Assembly: GCA_031459625.1 (NCBI GenBank)
Contig: JAVKIH010000002.1
Span: forward strand, 145,940 to 209,939
Reading direction: 5' to 3'
Source: Candidatus Geohabitans tengchongensis
Lineage (GTDB): Bacteria; Sysuimicrobiota; Sysuimicrobiia; Sysuimicrobiales; Humicultoraceae
DNA: 64,000 nt
Position 1 is the stretch's first letter. The number at the start of each line of letters is the position of its first letter. Of this stretch, positions 1 to 9,544 are shown piece by piece. Both the position numbers and the translations under genes were made by a program. The notes under the pieces were generated by a model, which saw nothing but the letters and a program-made list of their open reading frames with translations, made no database searches and had not been told where the DNA came from.

Positions 1-1046
1 CGCCCCCAGCGCCAGCGAGGTCAGCGCCGGGCGCCACGTCAGGACCAGCGGCTCCCCGTGCGCCAGGCCCAGGACGAGCCAGTAGGTGAGCACACCCAGC
101 GGCAGGAGGACGGCGCAGAGCGTCACCGCCGCGCAGCCGAGCAGCGCGGGCCACCGCCAGGGGCCGAGGGGCACGAGGGGCGGGAGGCGGCCCGGCCCCA
201 CGCCGACCCGGTGCTGCCGGCCGCGCCCGGGCCGGTCGGCGGCCAGCAGGAGGGCCCCCGTGAGCGCCACGAGCACGAGGGCCAGCGCGGCGGCGCCGTG
301 GCGGTCGAAGGACGCCTGGTACTGGACGTGGATGGCCGTGGTGAAGGTCTCGAGCTGCATCATCGAGACCGCGCCGAAGTCGGCCAGGGTGTAGAGCGCC
401 ACCAGCAGCGCGCCGGCGCGGATCCAGGGCCACAGCTGCGGCAGGACGGCCCGGCGGAAGGCGCGCCAGCCGCGCTCCCCCAGCGTGCGCGCCACCTCCT
501 CCAGCGCCGGGTCGAGCCCGCGCCACCCCGCCCGCACGCTCAGCAGGACGTAGGGATAGGTGAAGAGGGTGAGGACGAGCCAGGCGCCCGGGAACCCGTA
601 CAGGTCGGGGAGACGCTCCACCCCGGCCAGGCGGTGGAGGAGCTGCTGGAGAAGGCCGGTCGGCCCGAGCGCGGTGGCCACGACGAACCCCCCGACGTAC
701 GACGGCACCACCAGGGGCAGCGCCGTGACCACCCGCCACAGGCGCGCCCCCGGGAGGTCGGTGCGGGTAGTGAGCCAGGCCAGGGGGACGGCCAGGAGGA
801 CTGTGGAGGCGGTGACCACCCCGGCCAGCAGCACGGAACGCAGCAGGATGCGGCCGGTGCGGGGGCTCCACAGGAGGTCCCAGACTTCGGGGCCGGCGCC
901 GGCCGCCCGCACGACCAGGTAGGCCACCGGCAGGAGCACCGCCGCCGCCACCACCGCAGCCAGCGCCACGAGCGGTGGGACAGCCGCGGCGTCGCGGCGC
1001 CGCCCGGCAGCCGCGGACTCGAGGGCGCGGAGCTCTAGCACCGGGT
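1..1046 (-). CDS. Fe3+ ABC transporter permease (FbpB/AfuB-like), 3' end runs off the window; start uncertain (GTG/CTG region ~1046)
   Basis: Minus-strand translation of 841-900 and 1000-1100 gives membrane-protein text (…VLLPVAYLVVRAAGAGPEVWDLLWSPRTGRILL…) directly downstream of the SBP gene and in-frame after its TAG; the + ORF 58..1038 is its antisense shadow. Confidence 0.6.
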
Positions 1047-1101
1047 CCTGGCTCGCGCGCGCCGGGTCAGGATCTGCGTCGCAGACCGCCTCCCCGTGAC
1101 C

Positions 1102-2136
1102 CTACAGCACGCCCGTCTCGCGCAGCAGCCGCAGCGTCTCCTCCAGGGCTTGCAGGTGGTTCAGGTCGACCCCGGGGGTGCGGATGCGGTCGAGCGGCAC
1201 GAGGCGCGGGTCCGCGGGCACCCCGGCGACGAGCGGGTACTCGAAGGTCTCGCGGGCGAAGTACCGCTGCGCCTCGGGCGAGAGGAAGAAGGCGACCAGC
1301 CGCTGCGCCTCGGCGCTCTGGCGCGAGGTGTCCACGATCCCCGCCCCGGCCACGTTCACCAGGTTGCCGGCGTCCGGACCCGGGAAGTGGTAGTTGCGCA
1401 CCGGGAAGGCCTCGCCGCGCTCCTCCAGGAACCGGTAGAGGTAGTAGTGGTTCACGAAGCCCACGTCGACCTCGCCGGCGCCGACTGCGGCCACGATGGC
1501 GGTGTTGTTGCGGTAGACGCGGGGGGCGTTGGCCTTGACGGCCAGCAGCCACCGCCGCGTGCGCTCCGTCCCCCACAGGAGGCGCAGCGCGGTGACGTGC
1601 GCCTGGAAGGAGCCGTTCGTGGGCGCCCAGCCGATGCGCCCGCGCCAGCGCGGGTCGGCGAAGCCGGCCAGGGAGTCGGGCAGGTCGGCCGGGCGCAGCC
1701 GACGGGTGTTGTAGGCGACCACCCGGGCGCGCCCGCTCACCCCCACCCAGAGCCCGTCCTTCGACCGGAAGCGCGGCTCCACCCGGGCGAGGAGGCTGTC
1801 CGGCAGGCGGCGCAGCCGGCCGGCGTAGGCCAGCGCGCCGAGCGCTCCGGCGTCCTGGGCGATGTAGACGTCGGCGGGGCTGTTCGGTCCCTCCTCCATG
1901 ATGGTGGCGGCCAGCTCGGCGGTCTCGCCGTAGCGGACCCGCACCCCGATCCCCGTGCTCTGGCTGAACTGCTGCAGGAGCGGGCCGATCAGCTCCTGGG
2001 TGCGGCCGGAGTAGATGGTGAGCGCGGGCGCCTGCGCGAGGACCGCCGCCGGTCCCCCCGGCCAGGCCAGGACCAGCGCGAGCAGTCCCCCCACCGCCGC
2101 GACACCTCCCCACCTCGCCTCTCCGAACCTGCGCAC
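1102..2136 (-). CDS. Fe3+ ABC transporter periplasmic substrate-binding protein (FbpA/AfuA family)
   Basis: 344 aa ORF with N-terminal signal peptide and FbpA-like sequence (YNTRRLRPADLPDS…GWAPTNGSFQAHVTAL…); GTG start. Confidence 0.8.
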   Translation of the reverse strand: MRRFGEARWGGVAAVGGLLALVLAWPGGPAAVLAQAPALTIYSGRTQELIGPLLQQFSQSTGIGVRVRYGETAELAATIMEEGPNSPADVYIAQDAGALGALAYAGRLRRLPDSLLARVEPRFRSKDGLWVGVSGRARVVAYNTRRLRPADLPDSLAGFADPRWRGRIGWAPTNGSFQAHVTALRLLWGTERTRRWLLAVKANAPRVYRNNTAIVAAVGAGEVDVGFVNHYYLYRFLEERGEAFPVRNYHFPGPDAGNLVNVAGAGIVDTSRQSAEAQRLVAFFLSPEAQRYFARETFEYPLVAGVPADPRLVPLDRIRTPGVDLNHLQALEETLRLLRETGVL

Positions 2137-2249
2137 CGCCTGACCACCCCCCTCCTGGCTCCCTGCGACGCTTCCCGGCCCGCCCGTCCTCGCGCCGGGC
2201 CGGAGAGCCGGCCCGGGCTGGAGAACCGGCCGCGGCTAGGCTATCCTTA

Positions 2250-2762
2250 TTGTTGACCTGGGAACAACAGAATGGCCGAACAATCGTTGTTAGGACTCTA
2301 CGGATGCTGACGGCGGCCGAGCTGCGGGAGCGGTTCCAGGCACGCGGGCTACGCATCACCCCGCAGCGCGACCTGCTCTTCCGCCTGCTGGAGGAGCTGG
2401 AGGGGACGCACCCCACGGCCGAGACCCTCCACCTGCGGGCCGCCCGGGTGATGCCCTCGATCTCCCTGCGGACGGTCTACGCCATCCTGGAGGAGCTCGC
2501 GGAGGTCGGCGCGGTCCGCCCGCTGGAGCTGGGCACCGGCAGCAAGCGCTTCTGCACCACCGTGACCCGCCACCACCACCTGGTCTGCGACCGCTGCGGG
2601 AAGGTGCTGGACGTCTTCGTGAACGTCGGGCCGGTGGAGATCCCGCCCGAGCAGGCCCGCGGCTTCTGCGTCACGGAGCAGTCCCTGGTCTTCCGCGGTG
2701 TCTGCGCGGACTGTCAGCGCATGGCGCCATCGGCCTCTGCCGAGCCAGCGGCCCGGCCCTGA
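2250..2762 (+). CDS. fur: Fur-family metal-responsive transcriptional regulator (TTG at 2250 or, more likely, ATG at 2304)
   Basis: Winged-helix N-terminus, HHHLVCDRCGKV and CADC metal-binding motifs typical of Fur/Zur/PerR; divergent from iron ABC transporter. Confidence 0.8.
   Translation: MLTWEQQNGRTIVVRTLRMLTAAELRERFQARGLRITPQRDLLFRLLEELEGTHPTAETLHLRAARVMPSISLRTVYAILEELAEVGAVRPLELGTGSKRFCTTVTRHHHLVCDRCGKVLDVFVNVGPVEIPPEQARGFCVTEQSLVFRGVCADCQRMAPSASAEPAARP
2275..2292. promoter_or_regulatory. Candidate Fur-family operator GCCGAACAATCGTTGTTA (inverted repeat AACAA-TCG-TTGTT) in fbpA/fur divergent promoter; a second IR TGTTG-N9-CAACA lies at 2251-2269
   Basis: Identical 18-mer recurs at 53426-53443 upstream of the FTR1 iron permease; palindromic arms. 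Confidence 0.55.
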
Positions 2763-4057
2763 CGTCGATCCCCCAGGACCCCCAGACGAGCCTGCGCGAA
2801 CTCTTCCTGCTCCGCTCCGACGTCGTCTTCCTGAACCACGGGGCCTTCGGCGCCTGCCCGCGGCCCGTCTTCGAGGCCTACCAGCGGTGGCAGCGCGACC
2901 TCGAGGCCCAGCCGGTGGAGTTCCTCGGCCGCCGATTCCCCGACCTCATGCGCGAGGCCCGGGGGGCGCTAGCCGCGTTCGTCGGCGCCGACCCCGACGA
3001 CCTGGTCTACCTGCCCAACGCGACCACCGCGCTCAACACCGTGGCGCGCTCGCTCCCCCTCCGCCCCGGCGACGAGGTGGTGGGGACCGACCACGAGTAC
3101 GGCGCGGTAGACCGCCTCTGGCGCTTCGTCTGTGCGCGCCGCGGGGCGCGCTACGTCCGGGCCAGGGTGCCTGTCCCGGTGGAGACGCCGGCGCAGGTGG
3201 TCGAGGCGGTGTGGGCTCACGTCACCGAGCGGACGCGGGTGCTGGCCTGCAGCCACCTCACCTCCCCGACCGCCCTGATCTTCCCGCTCGCGGCCCTCCT
3301 CCGCCGGGCGCGTGCGGCGGGGATCCTCACCGTGGTCGACGGCGCGCACGTGCCCGGACAGATCCCCCTCGACCTGCGGGCGCTCGACCCGGACTTCTAC
3401 GCAGGGAACTGCCACAAGTGGCTCTGCGCGCCCAAGGGGGCGGGGTTCCTCTACGCGCGCCGGGACCGCCACGGGCTGCTCGAGCCGCTGGTGATCAGCT
3501 GGGGGTGGGATCGGGGCGAGGAACGCTCCGGCGCTGCCGCCCGCGTCCGGTCCGTCACCGAGGACGCCGGAGACGGCACCGCCCGCGGCGACAGCGAGGA
3601 GGCGAGGGACGAGGGACGCGAGACGGCGAGAGGCGGCGGGCTCGTCCTAGGACGGGCGGCCTCACGCCTGGTGGCGGAGCACGAGTGGCAGGGCACGCGC
3701 GACATCGCCGCCTGGCTCAGCGTCCCCGAGGCCATCCGGTTCGTCCAGACACACCTGGGACCGAAGGTCCGCGACCGCTGTCACGCCCTGGCCCGGCGGG
3801 CCCGCGTCGAGATCACCGCCCTCACCGGCCTGCCTCCGCTCAGCCCCGACGATGCGGGCTGGTACGCCCAGATGGTCAGCGTGCCCTTGCCCGTGGCCGA
3901 CCCCGAGGCCGCGCAGCGGCACCTGCGCGGGGAGGGGATCGAGGTGCCGGTCTTCCGCTGGACCGACCGCTGCCTGCTCCGGGTGTCGGTGCAGGCCTAC
4001 AACGAGCCGGCCGACATCGAGCGCCTGGTCGCGGCGGTGCGACGGCTCCTGGGCTGA
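2759..4057 (+). CDS. Aminotransferase class V (isopenicillin-N-epimerase/cysteine-desulfurase-like PLP enzyme) with an internal acidic/Gly-rich insertion; start codon unresolved
   Basis: Conserved N-terminal block LRELFLLRSDVVFLNHGAFG lies upstream of the first ATG (2915), in-frame with no stop back to the Fur stop; no ATG/GTG/TTG available, possibly CTG 2759 overlapping fur TGA. Confidence 0.7.
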   Translation: MTSIPQDPQTSLRELFLLRSDVVFLNHGAFGACPRPVFEAYQRWQRDLEAQPVEFLGRRFPDLMREARGALAAFVGADPDDLVYLPNATTALNTVARSLPLRPGDEVVGTDHEYGAVDRLWRFVCARRGARYVRARVPVPVETPAQVVEAVWAHVTERTRVLACSHLTSPTALIFPLAALLRRARAAGILTVVDGAHVPGQIPLDLRALDPDFYAGNCHKWLCAPKGAGFLYARRDRHGLLEPLVISWGWDRGEERSGAAARVRSVTEDAGDGTARGDSEEARDEGRETARGGGLVLGRAASRLVAEHEWQGTRDIAAWLSVPEAIRFVQTHLGPKVRDRCHALARRARVEITALTGLPPLSPDDAGWYAQMVSVPLPVADPEAAQRHLRGEGIEVPVFRWTDRCLLRVSVQAYNEPADIERLVAAVRRLLG

Positions 4058-4066
4058 CCGGGCACC

Positions 4067-5425
4067 TCAGGGCTGCAGAGGCGCCAGGGCGGCCATCGCC
4101 GCCTCCACCGCCTCCTGCGGGTAGGCGAAGTCCTCCAGCCGGCCGGCCAGGAACTCCTCGTAGGCGCGCAGGTCGAAGTGCCCGTGCCCGCTCAGGTTGA
4201 AGAGGATCACCCGCCGCTCGCCGCGCTCGCGCGCCTCCACCGCCTCGTCGATGACCCGGCGGACGGCGTGCGCCGACTCCGGTGCCGGCACGATCCCCTC
4301 GGCCCGGGCGAACTGCACCGCCGCCTCGAAGACGGCCCGCTGCGGGTACGCCGCCGCCTCGATGTACCCGTGGTCGTAGAGCAGGCACAGCGACGGCGCG
4401 TCGCCGTGGTAGCGCAGCCCGCCGGCGTGGATCCCGGGCGGCACGAAGGTGTGGCCGAGCGTGTACATCTTGAAGAGCGGAGTGGTGGCGGCGGTGTCGC
4501 CAAAGTCGTAGAGGTAGCGCCCGCGGGTGAGGGAAGGACAGGCCTCGGGCTCCACCGCCACGAAGCGCGTCTTCGCCCCCTTGAAACGGTCGGGCAGGAA
4601 AGGGTAGGCCAGGCCGGAGAAGTTACTCCCCCCGCCCACGCACCCGATGACCACATCCGGCCCTTCCCCGGCCAGCTCCATCTGCCGGCGGGCCTCCAGC
4701 CCGATCACCGTCTGGTGGAGGAGGACATGGTTGGCCACGCTGCCGATGGCGTACTTGGTGTCGTCGTGGGTAGCGGCGTCCTCCACCGCCTCGCTGATGG
4801 CGATGCCGAGGCTGCCCGGCGAGTCGGACTGGCGCTCCAGGACGTCCCGCCCCGCCCGCGTCCGCTGGCTGGGGCTCGGCACCACCTCGGCGCCCCAGGT
4901 CTCCATCATCACGCGGCGGTAGGGCTTCTGCTCGTACGAGACCCGCACCATATACACGGTGCACGCCAGGTCGAAGAGCCGGCAGGCCAGGGCCAGCGCC
5001 GAGCCCCACTGCCCGGCCCCCGTCTCCGTGGTCAGGCGTCGGGTCCCCGCCTGTCTATTGTAGAAGGCCTGGGCCACGGCGGTGTTGGGCTTGTGGCTGC
5101 CGGCCGGGCTCACGCCTTCGTACTTGTAGTAGATGTGCGCGGGCGTCTGGAGGGCCTGCTCCAGCCGGTAGGCGCGGTGGAGCGGCGTGGGGCGCCACAG
5201 GCGGTAGACGTCGCGCACCGGTTCGGGGATGGGGATCTCCCGCTCGGTGGAGACCTCCTGGAGGATGATCTCCGTGGGGAAGATGGGAGCCAGGTCGTCG
5301 GGACCGATGGGCTGCTTCGTCCCCGGGTGGAGAACGGGCGGCAGCGGGACGGGCAGGTCGGCCAGGACGTTGTACCAGGCCTTCGGCAGGTCGCGCTCGT
5401 CCAGGACGAACTTGGTCTGGGGCAT
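4067..5425 (-). CDS. TrpB-like PLP-dependent enzyme (tryptophan synthase beta chain 2 / TrpB2 family)
   Basis: 452 aa, GSHKPNTA lysine motif region and TrpB2-type length/sequence; convergent with the aminotransferase. Confidence 0.8.
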   Translation of the reverse strand: MPQTKFVLDERDLPKAWYNVLADLPVPLPPVLHPGTKQPIGPDDLAPIFPTEIILQEVSTEREIPIPEPVRDVYRLWRPTPLHRAYRLEQALQTPAHIYYKYEGVSPAGSHKPNTAVAQAFYNRQAGTRRLTTETGAGQWGSALALACRLFDLACTVYMVRVSYEQKPYRRVMMETWGAEVVPSPSQRTRAGRDVLERQSDSPGSLGIAISEAVEDAATHDDTKYAIGSVANHVLLHQTVIGLEARRQMELAGEGPDVVIGCVGGGSNFSGLAYPFLPDRFKGAKTRFVAVEPEACPSLTRGRYLYDFGDTAATTPLFKMYTLGHTFVPPGIHAGGLRYHGDAPSLCLLYDHGYIEAAAYPQRAVFEAAVQFARAEGIVPAPESAHAVRRVIDEAVEARERGERRVILFNLSGHGHFDLRAYEEFLAGRLEDFAYPQEAVEAAMAALAPLQP

Positions 5426-5541
5426 GACACCATCCCTCCCGGTCGCACGACAGCTCCGTGCGGTGACTCCCTGAGGAACCCAGCAGGGGCCATTCGCCGC
5501 GGCCCGCCCGGCTTCCCGCTGGGCGCCCCCTCCGCGCCCCC

Positions 5542-5922
5542 CTAGGCGTCAGCCGGCTTCGATGGGGGTTCGATGGGGGCGTGCAGCTCGACCATGCGGC
5601 CGTCGGGGTCGTAGAGGTAGGCCGAGCGCCCCCAGGGAAACCGCGCTGGTCCCAGGACCGCGTAGCCGGCGGTCCGCAGGCGCTCGCACTCCGCCTCCAG
5701 GTCGTCCACCTCGAGGGCGATGTGGTCCACGTCCGCAGGCCAGCCGGGGGCGGGGGGCCCATCGCCGACCGGGTGGACGAGCAGCGTGACTCCGTCCACC
5801 GAGAAGTGGTAGGCACCCTGACCCGAGGCCGGGATCGGGTGCTCCAGCAGGGCGGCGTAGAACGCGGCCACAGCGTCCGGTTGCCTCGTGAACCGGGCCA
5901 CCTCGCTGATGCGGCGCCTCAT
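5542..5922 (-). CDS. VOC family protein (glyoxalase/bleomycin-resistance/dioxygenase fold)
   Basis: ~126 aa from MRRRISEV…; VOC-like sequence ([21 protein letters not shown]). Confidence 0.65.
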   Translation of the reverse strand: MRRRISEVARFTRQPDAVAAFYAALLEHPIPASGQGAYHFSVDGVTLLVHPVGDGPPAPGWPADVDHIALEVDDLEAECERLRTAGYAVLGPARFPWGRSAYLYDPDGRMVELHAPIEPPSKPADA

Positions 5923-5981
5923 CCCTCCCCCCTTCACCCCAGTGAACGCCGAGGAGTCCATGACTTCGAAGGCTCTTCACA

Positions 5982-6020
5982 TAGCGTCACTCAGCGTCGC
6001 TTAGCGTCACTCAGCGTCGC
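5982..6020. repeat. Perfect tandem duplication of a 19-20 bp unit (TAGCGTCACTCAGCGTCGC x2) giving four AGCGTC hexamers at ~10-bp spacing
   Basis: Read directly: …atAGCGTCactcAGCGTCgcttAGCGTCactcAGCGTCgccg…, intergenic between opine DH stop and VOC start. Confidence 0.8.
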
Positions 6021-6090
6021 CGTCGGCGCCTCCTCCAGGGCGGCCGGTCCGGTCCCCATGGCGGGAACGGCGATTCGCGACCTCGCCGCC

Positions 6091-7212
6091 TCACCGCGGA
6101 AAACCCTCCCAGGGGCCGTTTGCCGCCAGTCGTTCCACCTCCGCCCGCGTCGCCCCGGCGATGCCCAGACGGCCCGCATGGAGCCCGACGGCCCGGTAGT
6201 CCACGCCGGTGACCACGGAGGCCAGGTGGATGAGCGCGTCCACCGTGGGCACCGACACGGCCGCGGCCTGCGCGAAGGCGGCCATGGGGACCAGGCCGTA
6301 GCCCACGTCCTCCTCGATGTACCGCCCCTCTAGGTTGGGCGGGGCCTTGATGTACCTGTTCGGGACGCTGTCGCGCAGCGCTTCGAAGACCGACCCGGCC
6401 TCCCAGGCGCGGCGCGACGTGAAGCCGGCCCGGTAGAAGAACTCCAGGAAGGAAGGCGTCTCGACACCGTAGGCCCGGGCGATCGCCTGGCGGTCCCGGT
6501 CCAGGGCCTCGATGGCCCGGGCCACCCCCGGGGTGGTCCCCTCGTAGTAGTAGTAGAACTGCCCGGCGGTGTGCTCGACCCACCCGGTGTTCAGCACCAT
6601 GCCCGCCGGGTGGAGGACCGCGTTGAAGTTGGACAGCGAGGTGACCAGCACCGTGGGGACGGGCTGGAGCTGCGGGTAGTAGCGCGCCAGCCGCCGGCAG
6701 GCATCCTCCCTGAGGCGCGCGGGCAGGACGCCGGCGGCGACGGTGCGGGCGGGCCCGGTGATGTTCACCCTGGTCGGCGAGACCATGCGGCAGATGTAGG
6801 TTAGCGTGTTGAACTCGACGACGGGCACCGGAGGAGCACCGCGGTCGGCGAGCCGCCGGGCGACGTGCAGGGCGCTGCCGGTGTTGCTGGCGTTGAGGAC
6901 CACCAGCTGGCCGGGCTCCAGGCAGTGCGCCAGCTGGTCGACGTAGAAGCTCTGACCCGGTGCGGGCACGGTGAGCATGACGACCTCCGCCCCGCGTACC
7001 GCCTCGGCCACCTCGGTGGTGATGCGCCCCACGGGTACGGTGGCCTCGCCCGGCGCTCCTGTGACCTCCACACCGCCCAGGCGCTGGAAGGGCAGGAGCC
7101 GCTCGGGACTCCGGTTGCACAGCGCCACGCGGAAGCCGCGCAGCCCCAGGTCCGCCGCTGCGGCCACGCCGCCGTTGCCCGCCCCCAGCACCGCCACGTC
7201 GATCCGCTCCAC
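6091..7212 (-). CDS. NAD/NADP octopine/nopaline (opine) dehydrogenase family protein
   Basis: 373 aa; N-terminal Rossmann VAVLGAGNGG and opine-DH-like C-terminal domain. Confidence 0.75.
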   Translation of the reverse strand: MERIDVAVLGAGNGGVAAAADLGLRGFRVALCNRSPERLLPFQRLGGVEVTGAPGEATVPVGRITTEVAEAVRGAEVVMLTVPAPGQSFYVDQLAHCLEPGQLVVLNASNTGSALHVARRLADRGAPPVPVVEFNTLTYICRMVSPTRVNITGPARTVAAGVLPARLREDACRRLARYYPQLQPVPTVLVTSLSNFNAVLHPAGMVLNTGWVEHTAGQFYYYYEGTTPGVARAIEALDRDRQAIARAYGVETPSFLEFFYRAGFTSRRAWEAGSVFEALRDSVPNRYIKAPPNLEGRYIEEDVGYGLVPMAAFAQAAAVSVPTVDALIHLASVVTGVDYRAVGLHAGRLGIAGATRAEVERLAANGPWEGFPR

Positions 7213-7217
7213 GGCGG

Positions 7218-8375
7218 CTAGCTCCAGGCCAGGCGGTAACGGCCCAGCTTGTCCGGGTCCACCGTAATCCCCAGCCCCGGCCCTGAGGGCACGCGCAGGG
7301 CGCCGGCACGGTATTCGAAGGGCGCGGCGAGGAGGTCATCGGTGTAGATCCGACCGGCCACCCGGGTCTGCTCCCGGCCGGCCACCGTGGTGATCGGGAT
7401 GATGGCCGGCACCGTGACGGCCGCCGACGCTGCCCCCAGGTGCAGATTGGCCGCGTTGCCGATGCCAAACTCCGCCGAGCCGCCCACGTCGGCCTCCATC
7501 CCCGCTGCCTCCAGGACGGCGGCCATCTGGCGCGCCCGGTACAGGCCGCCCGGTTTGGTCACGTAGAGCGAGACGTACCGCGCCGCACCGGCCTCCCGCA
7601 GGTGGAGGACGTCGCGCGGCGTCCAGGCGCTCTCGTCGGCCATGATGGGGACACTGACCGCGCGGGCGACGGCCGCCAGTTCGTCGATCCCTTCCGTCGG
7701 CTGCTCGGCCAGGGCCAGCCCCCACCGCTCCAGGACCCGGAGGGTCCGGATGGCCACGGGGACGGTGTAGGCCTGGTTGGCGTCGAGCCGGATCTCCACG
7801 TCCGGTCCCACGGCTTCCCGCACCGCCTCCACGGTGCGGATGTCCCGTGCCGGATCGGGGCCGCCTTTGACCTTGATGTGCGCGATCCCCTCCCCGACGA
7901 CCTGCCGCGCCTCCTCCACGGCCGCCTCCACGTCCATCAGGCCGATGCTGTGCCCCACGGGGATCCACTCCCGCACCTTCCCGCCCAGGAGCTCGTAGAC
8001 CGGGACGCCCAGGGCCCTCCCCTTCAGATCGTGCAGGGCGATGTCCAGGGCGGCCTTGGCGTAGGGGTGGCCCTTGATGACGCGGTCCATGACCTGATGG
8101 ACCCGGGGCAGGTCGAAAACGTCCTCCTCCCGGAGGGCGGGCAGGAGGAGGTCCTGCAGCACGTGGCGCACCGTCTGCGGCGTCTCGCCGTAGTGGGTGC
8201 CGTAGGCGCCGCCCCAGTCTGGCAGGCAGGGCGTCTCTCCCCACCCCTCCAGGCCGTCCTCGCCACGTACCCGCACGACGACGTAGCGGCCGATGGGTCC
8301 CTGCAGGCCCGCCCACCGGTGCACCCGGCGGGTCGGCAGGCCGACCAGCATCACCTCGAGCTCCGCAATCCTCAT
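7218..8375 (-). CDS. Mandelate racemase/muconate lactonizing enzyme (enolase superfamily) family protein
   Basis: 385 aa from MRIAELEV…; KVKGG, RLDANQAYT, ADES motifs; ORF-track 5' extension is spurious. Confidence 0.8.
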   Translation of the reverse strand: MRIAELEVMLVGLPTRRVHRWAGLQGPIGRYVVVRVRGEDGLEGWGETPCLPDWGGAYGTHYGETPQTVRHVLQDLLLPALREEDVFDLPRVHQVMDRVIKGHPYAKAALDIALHDLKGRALGVPVYELLGGKVREWIPVGHSIGLMDVEAAVEEARQVVGEGIAHIKVKGGPDPARDIRTVEAVREAVGPDVEIRLDANQAYTVPVAIRTLRVLERWGLALAEQPTEGIDELAAVARAVSVPIMADESAWTPRDVLHLREAGAARYVSLYVTKPGGLYRARQMAAVLEAAGMEADVGGSAEFGIGNAANLHLGAASAAVTVPAIIPITTVAGREQTRVAGRIYTDDLLAAPFEYRAGALRVPSGPGLGITVDPDKLGRYRLAWS

Positions 8376-9262
8376 GCTCCGCCCTCGCCCGCTGCCCGCC
8401 GCCGCCCCGCCCTGGCGACCCGGGAGCGGAGGAAGAGGTAGTCGCCGGCGCGCCGGACGCTGTGGAGGGAGAGGTGGGGCGCCACACCCGGCAGGAAGCC
8501 GGCGCCCTCCACCAGGCTCGGACGGGGACGGCGGCGGGACCCATCGCCGATGATGAGAGGACAGATCGTCAGGAACTCGTCGTCGACGCAGCCGGCCCGC
8601 AGCAGGGTGCCGTAGGTCCGCGCGCCCCCCTCGCACAACAGCGTGCGCACGGCGAACCGCCGGACCAGCATGGCCAGCAGCCGGCGGACCTGCACGGTGG
8701 CCGTCCCGAATGCCAAGACCTCCACCCCCCCTCGCCTGGCTACGGCGCGGGCAGCCTTCACCCCCCTGGTGGTGGTGGCCACGAGGACGCGCTGCCCCGT
8801 GCGGAACACCCGGGCCCGGCCGGGCAGCTCACCCGTCTGGGAGAGGATGACCAGCAGAGGGACCCGCTCCCGCCCCTCGGCGCGTCGGAGGGCGGCGAAG
8901 GCGGCCGCGTCGGCAGGAAAGATGTGTTCCGCGGTCCACACGTGGGAGGGGGAGGCCCGCAGGGTGCCGTCCCCGACCATCACCGCGTCCGCCCGCGCCC
9001 GCAGGAGGCCCATGAGCCAGCGGTCGTGCGGGTTGCGCTCGCTGACGTCGGCCGCCCCCCTGTGCCCCGGCACGTTGAAGGAGATCCGCCCGTCGTGCGA
9101 GGTGGCGAAGTTGACGAAGGTGTAGGGACGGCGCTCCCCACGGGGCAGCCGCCAGTCTCCACCATAGATGGCCCGAAAGGGCTCCGGCAGGGGGAGATCG
9201 CCTTCCTGGTCCCGCTCGAAGAGCAGGGCAAAGGGCCGACCGGGGCCCGTGGGCGCGATCAC
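8372..9262 (-). CDS. RibD C-terminal domain / dihydrofolate-reductase-like reductase
   Basis: RRPYTFVNFATSHDGRISF motif typical of RibD_C/DHFR-like family; GTG start overlapping upstream TGA (GTGA). Confidence 0.65.
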   Translation of the reverse strand: MIAPTGPGRPFALLFERDQEGDLPLPEPFRAIYGGDWRLPRGERRPYTFVNFATSHDGRISFNVPGHRGAADVSERNPHDRWLMGLLRARADAVMVGDGTLRASPSHVWTAEHIFPADAAAFAALRRAEGRERVPLLVILSQTGELPGRARVFRTGQRVLVATTTRGVKAARAVARRGGVEVLAFGTATVQVRRLLAMLVRRFAVRTLLCEGGARTYGTLLRAGCVDDEFLTICPLIIGDGSRRRPRPSLVEGAGFLPGVAPHLSLHSVRRAGDYLFLRSRVARAGRRRAAGEGGA

Positions 9263-9534
9263 CGCTCCCCGCTCCGCACCCGCATTGCCTCTTCCGGGGT
9301 CGAGGCGATGACGGCGATGGGCGTCCCCACCGTCACCGTGTGGCCTTCGCGGACCAGGATGCGGGCCACCACGCCGGCACAGGGCGCGGGCAGCTCCACA
9401 TTCGTCTTCTCGGTTTCCACAATGCAGAGGACGTCGCCTTCGGTCACGGGCTCGTCCTCGTCCACCATCCACTCGACGATGCGCCCCTCCGCCATGGTCA
9501 GCCCCCACTTCGGCATGCGCACCGTCTCGACCAT
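9259..9534 (-). CDS. Stand-alone lipoyl-attachment domain protein (E2-type lipoyl carrier, ~91 aa)
   Basis: MVETVRMPKWGLTMAEGRIVEW…CIVETEKTNVELPAP: classic biotin/lipoyl domain with lipoyl-lysine in ETEK; no catalytic E2 domain follows. Confidence 0.75.
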   Translation of the reverse strand: MVETVRMPKWGLTMAEGRIVEWMVDEDEPVTEGDVLCIVETEKTNVELPAPCAGVVARILVREGHTVTVGTPIAVIASTPEEAMRVRSGER

Positions 9535-9544
9535 GTCCGGCACG

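Noticed and set aside
58-1038. 326-aa + strand ORF (and similar long + strand ORFs such as 1096..2256, 5581..6333, 7440..8441, 10582..12888, 14728..16296, 18028..19569, 24822..26045, 26272..27654, 29364..31199, 59250..61829)
   Set aside because: Low-complexity Arg/Gly/Pro/Ala-rich translations with no family resemblance. Each lies antisense to a well-supported minus-strand gene. They are an expected artefact of ~70% G+C, where stop codons are rare.
1067-2416. 449-aa minus ORF overlapping the FbpA gene in another frame
   Set aside because: Arg/Gly-rich nonsense. The in-phase 1102..2136 ORF has a clear signal peptide and SBP sequence.
5425-5542. Possible riboswitch or T-box in the 117-nt leader of the TrpB2-like gene
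   Set aside because: Too short for a T-box. Only a weak 5-bp hairpin (CGCAC…GTGCG) is present, and no specifier or antiterminator-like arrangement was recognisable by eye. Left as an ordinary intergenic spacer.
9259-9534. Lipoyl-domain ORF as a truncated E2 pseudogene
   Set aside because: Considered, but the reading frame is intact with normal length for a lipoyl module. It is translationally coupled (GTGA) to the next gene, and no degraded catalytic-domain remnant follows. It is therefore kept as a bona fide free lipoyl-carrier gene, flagged for verification.
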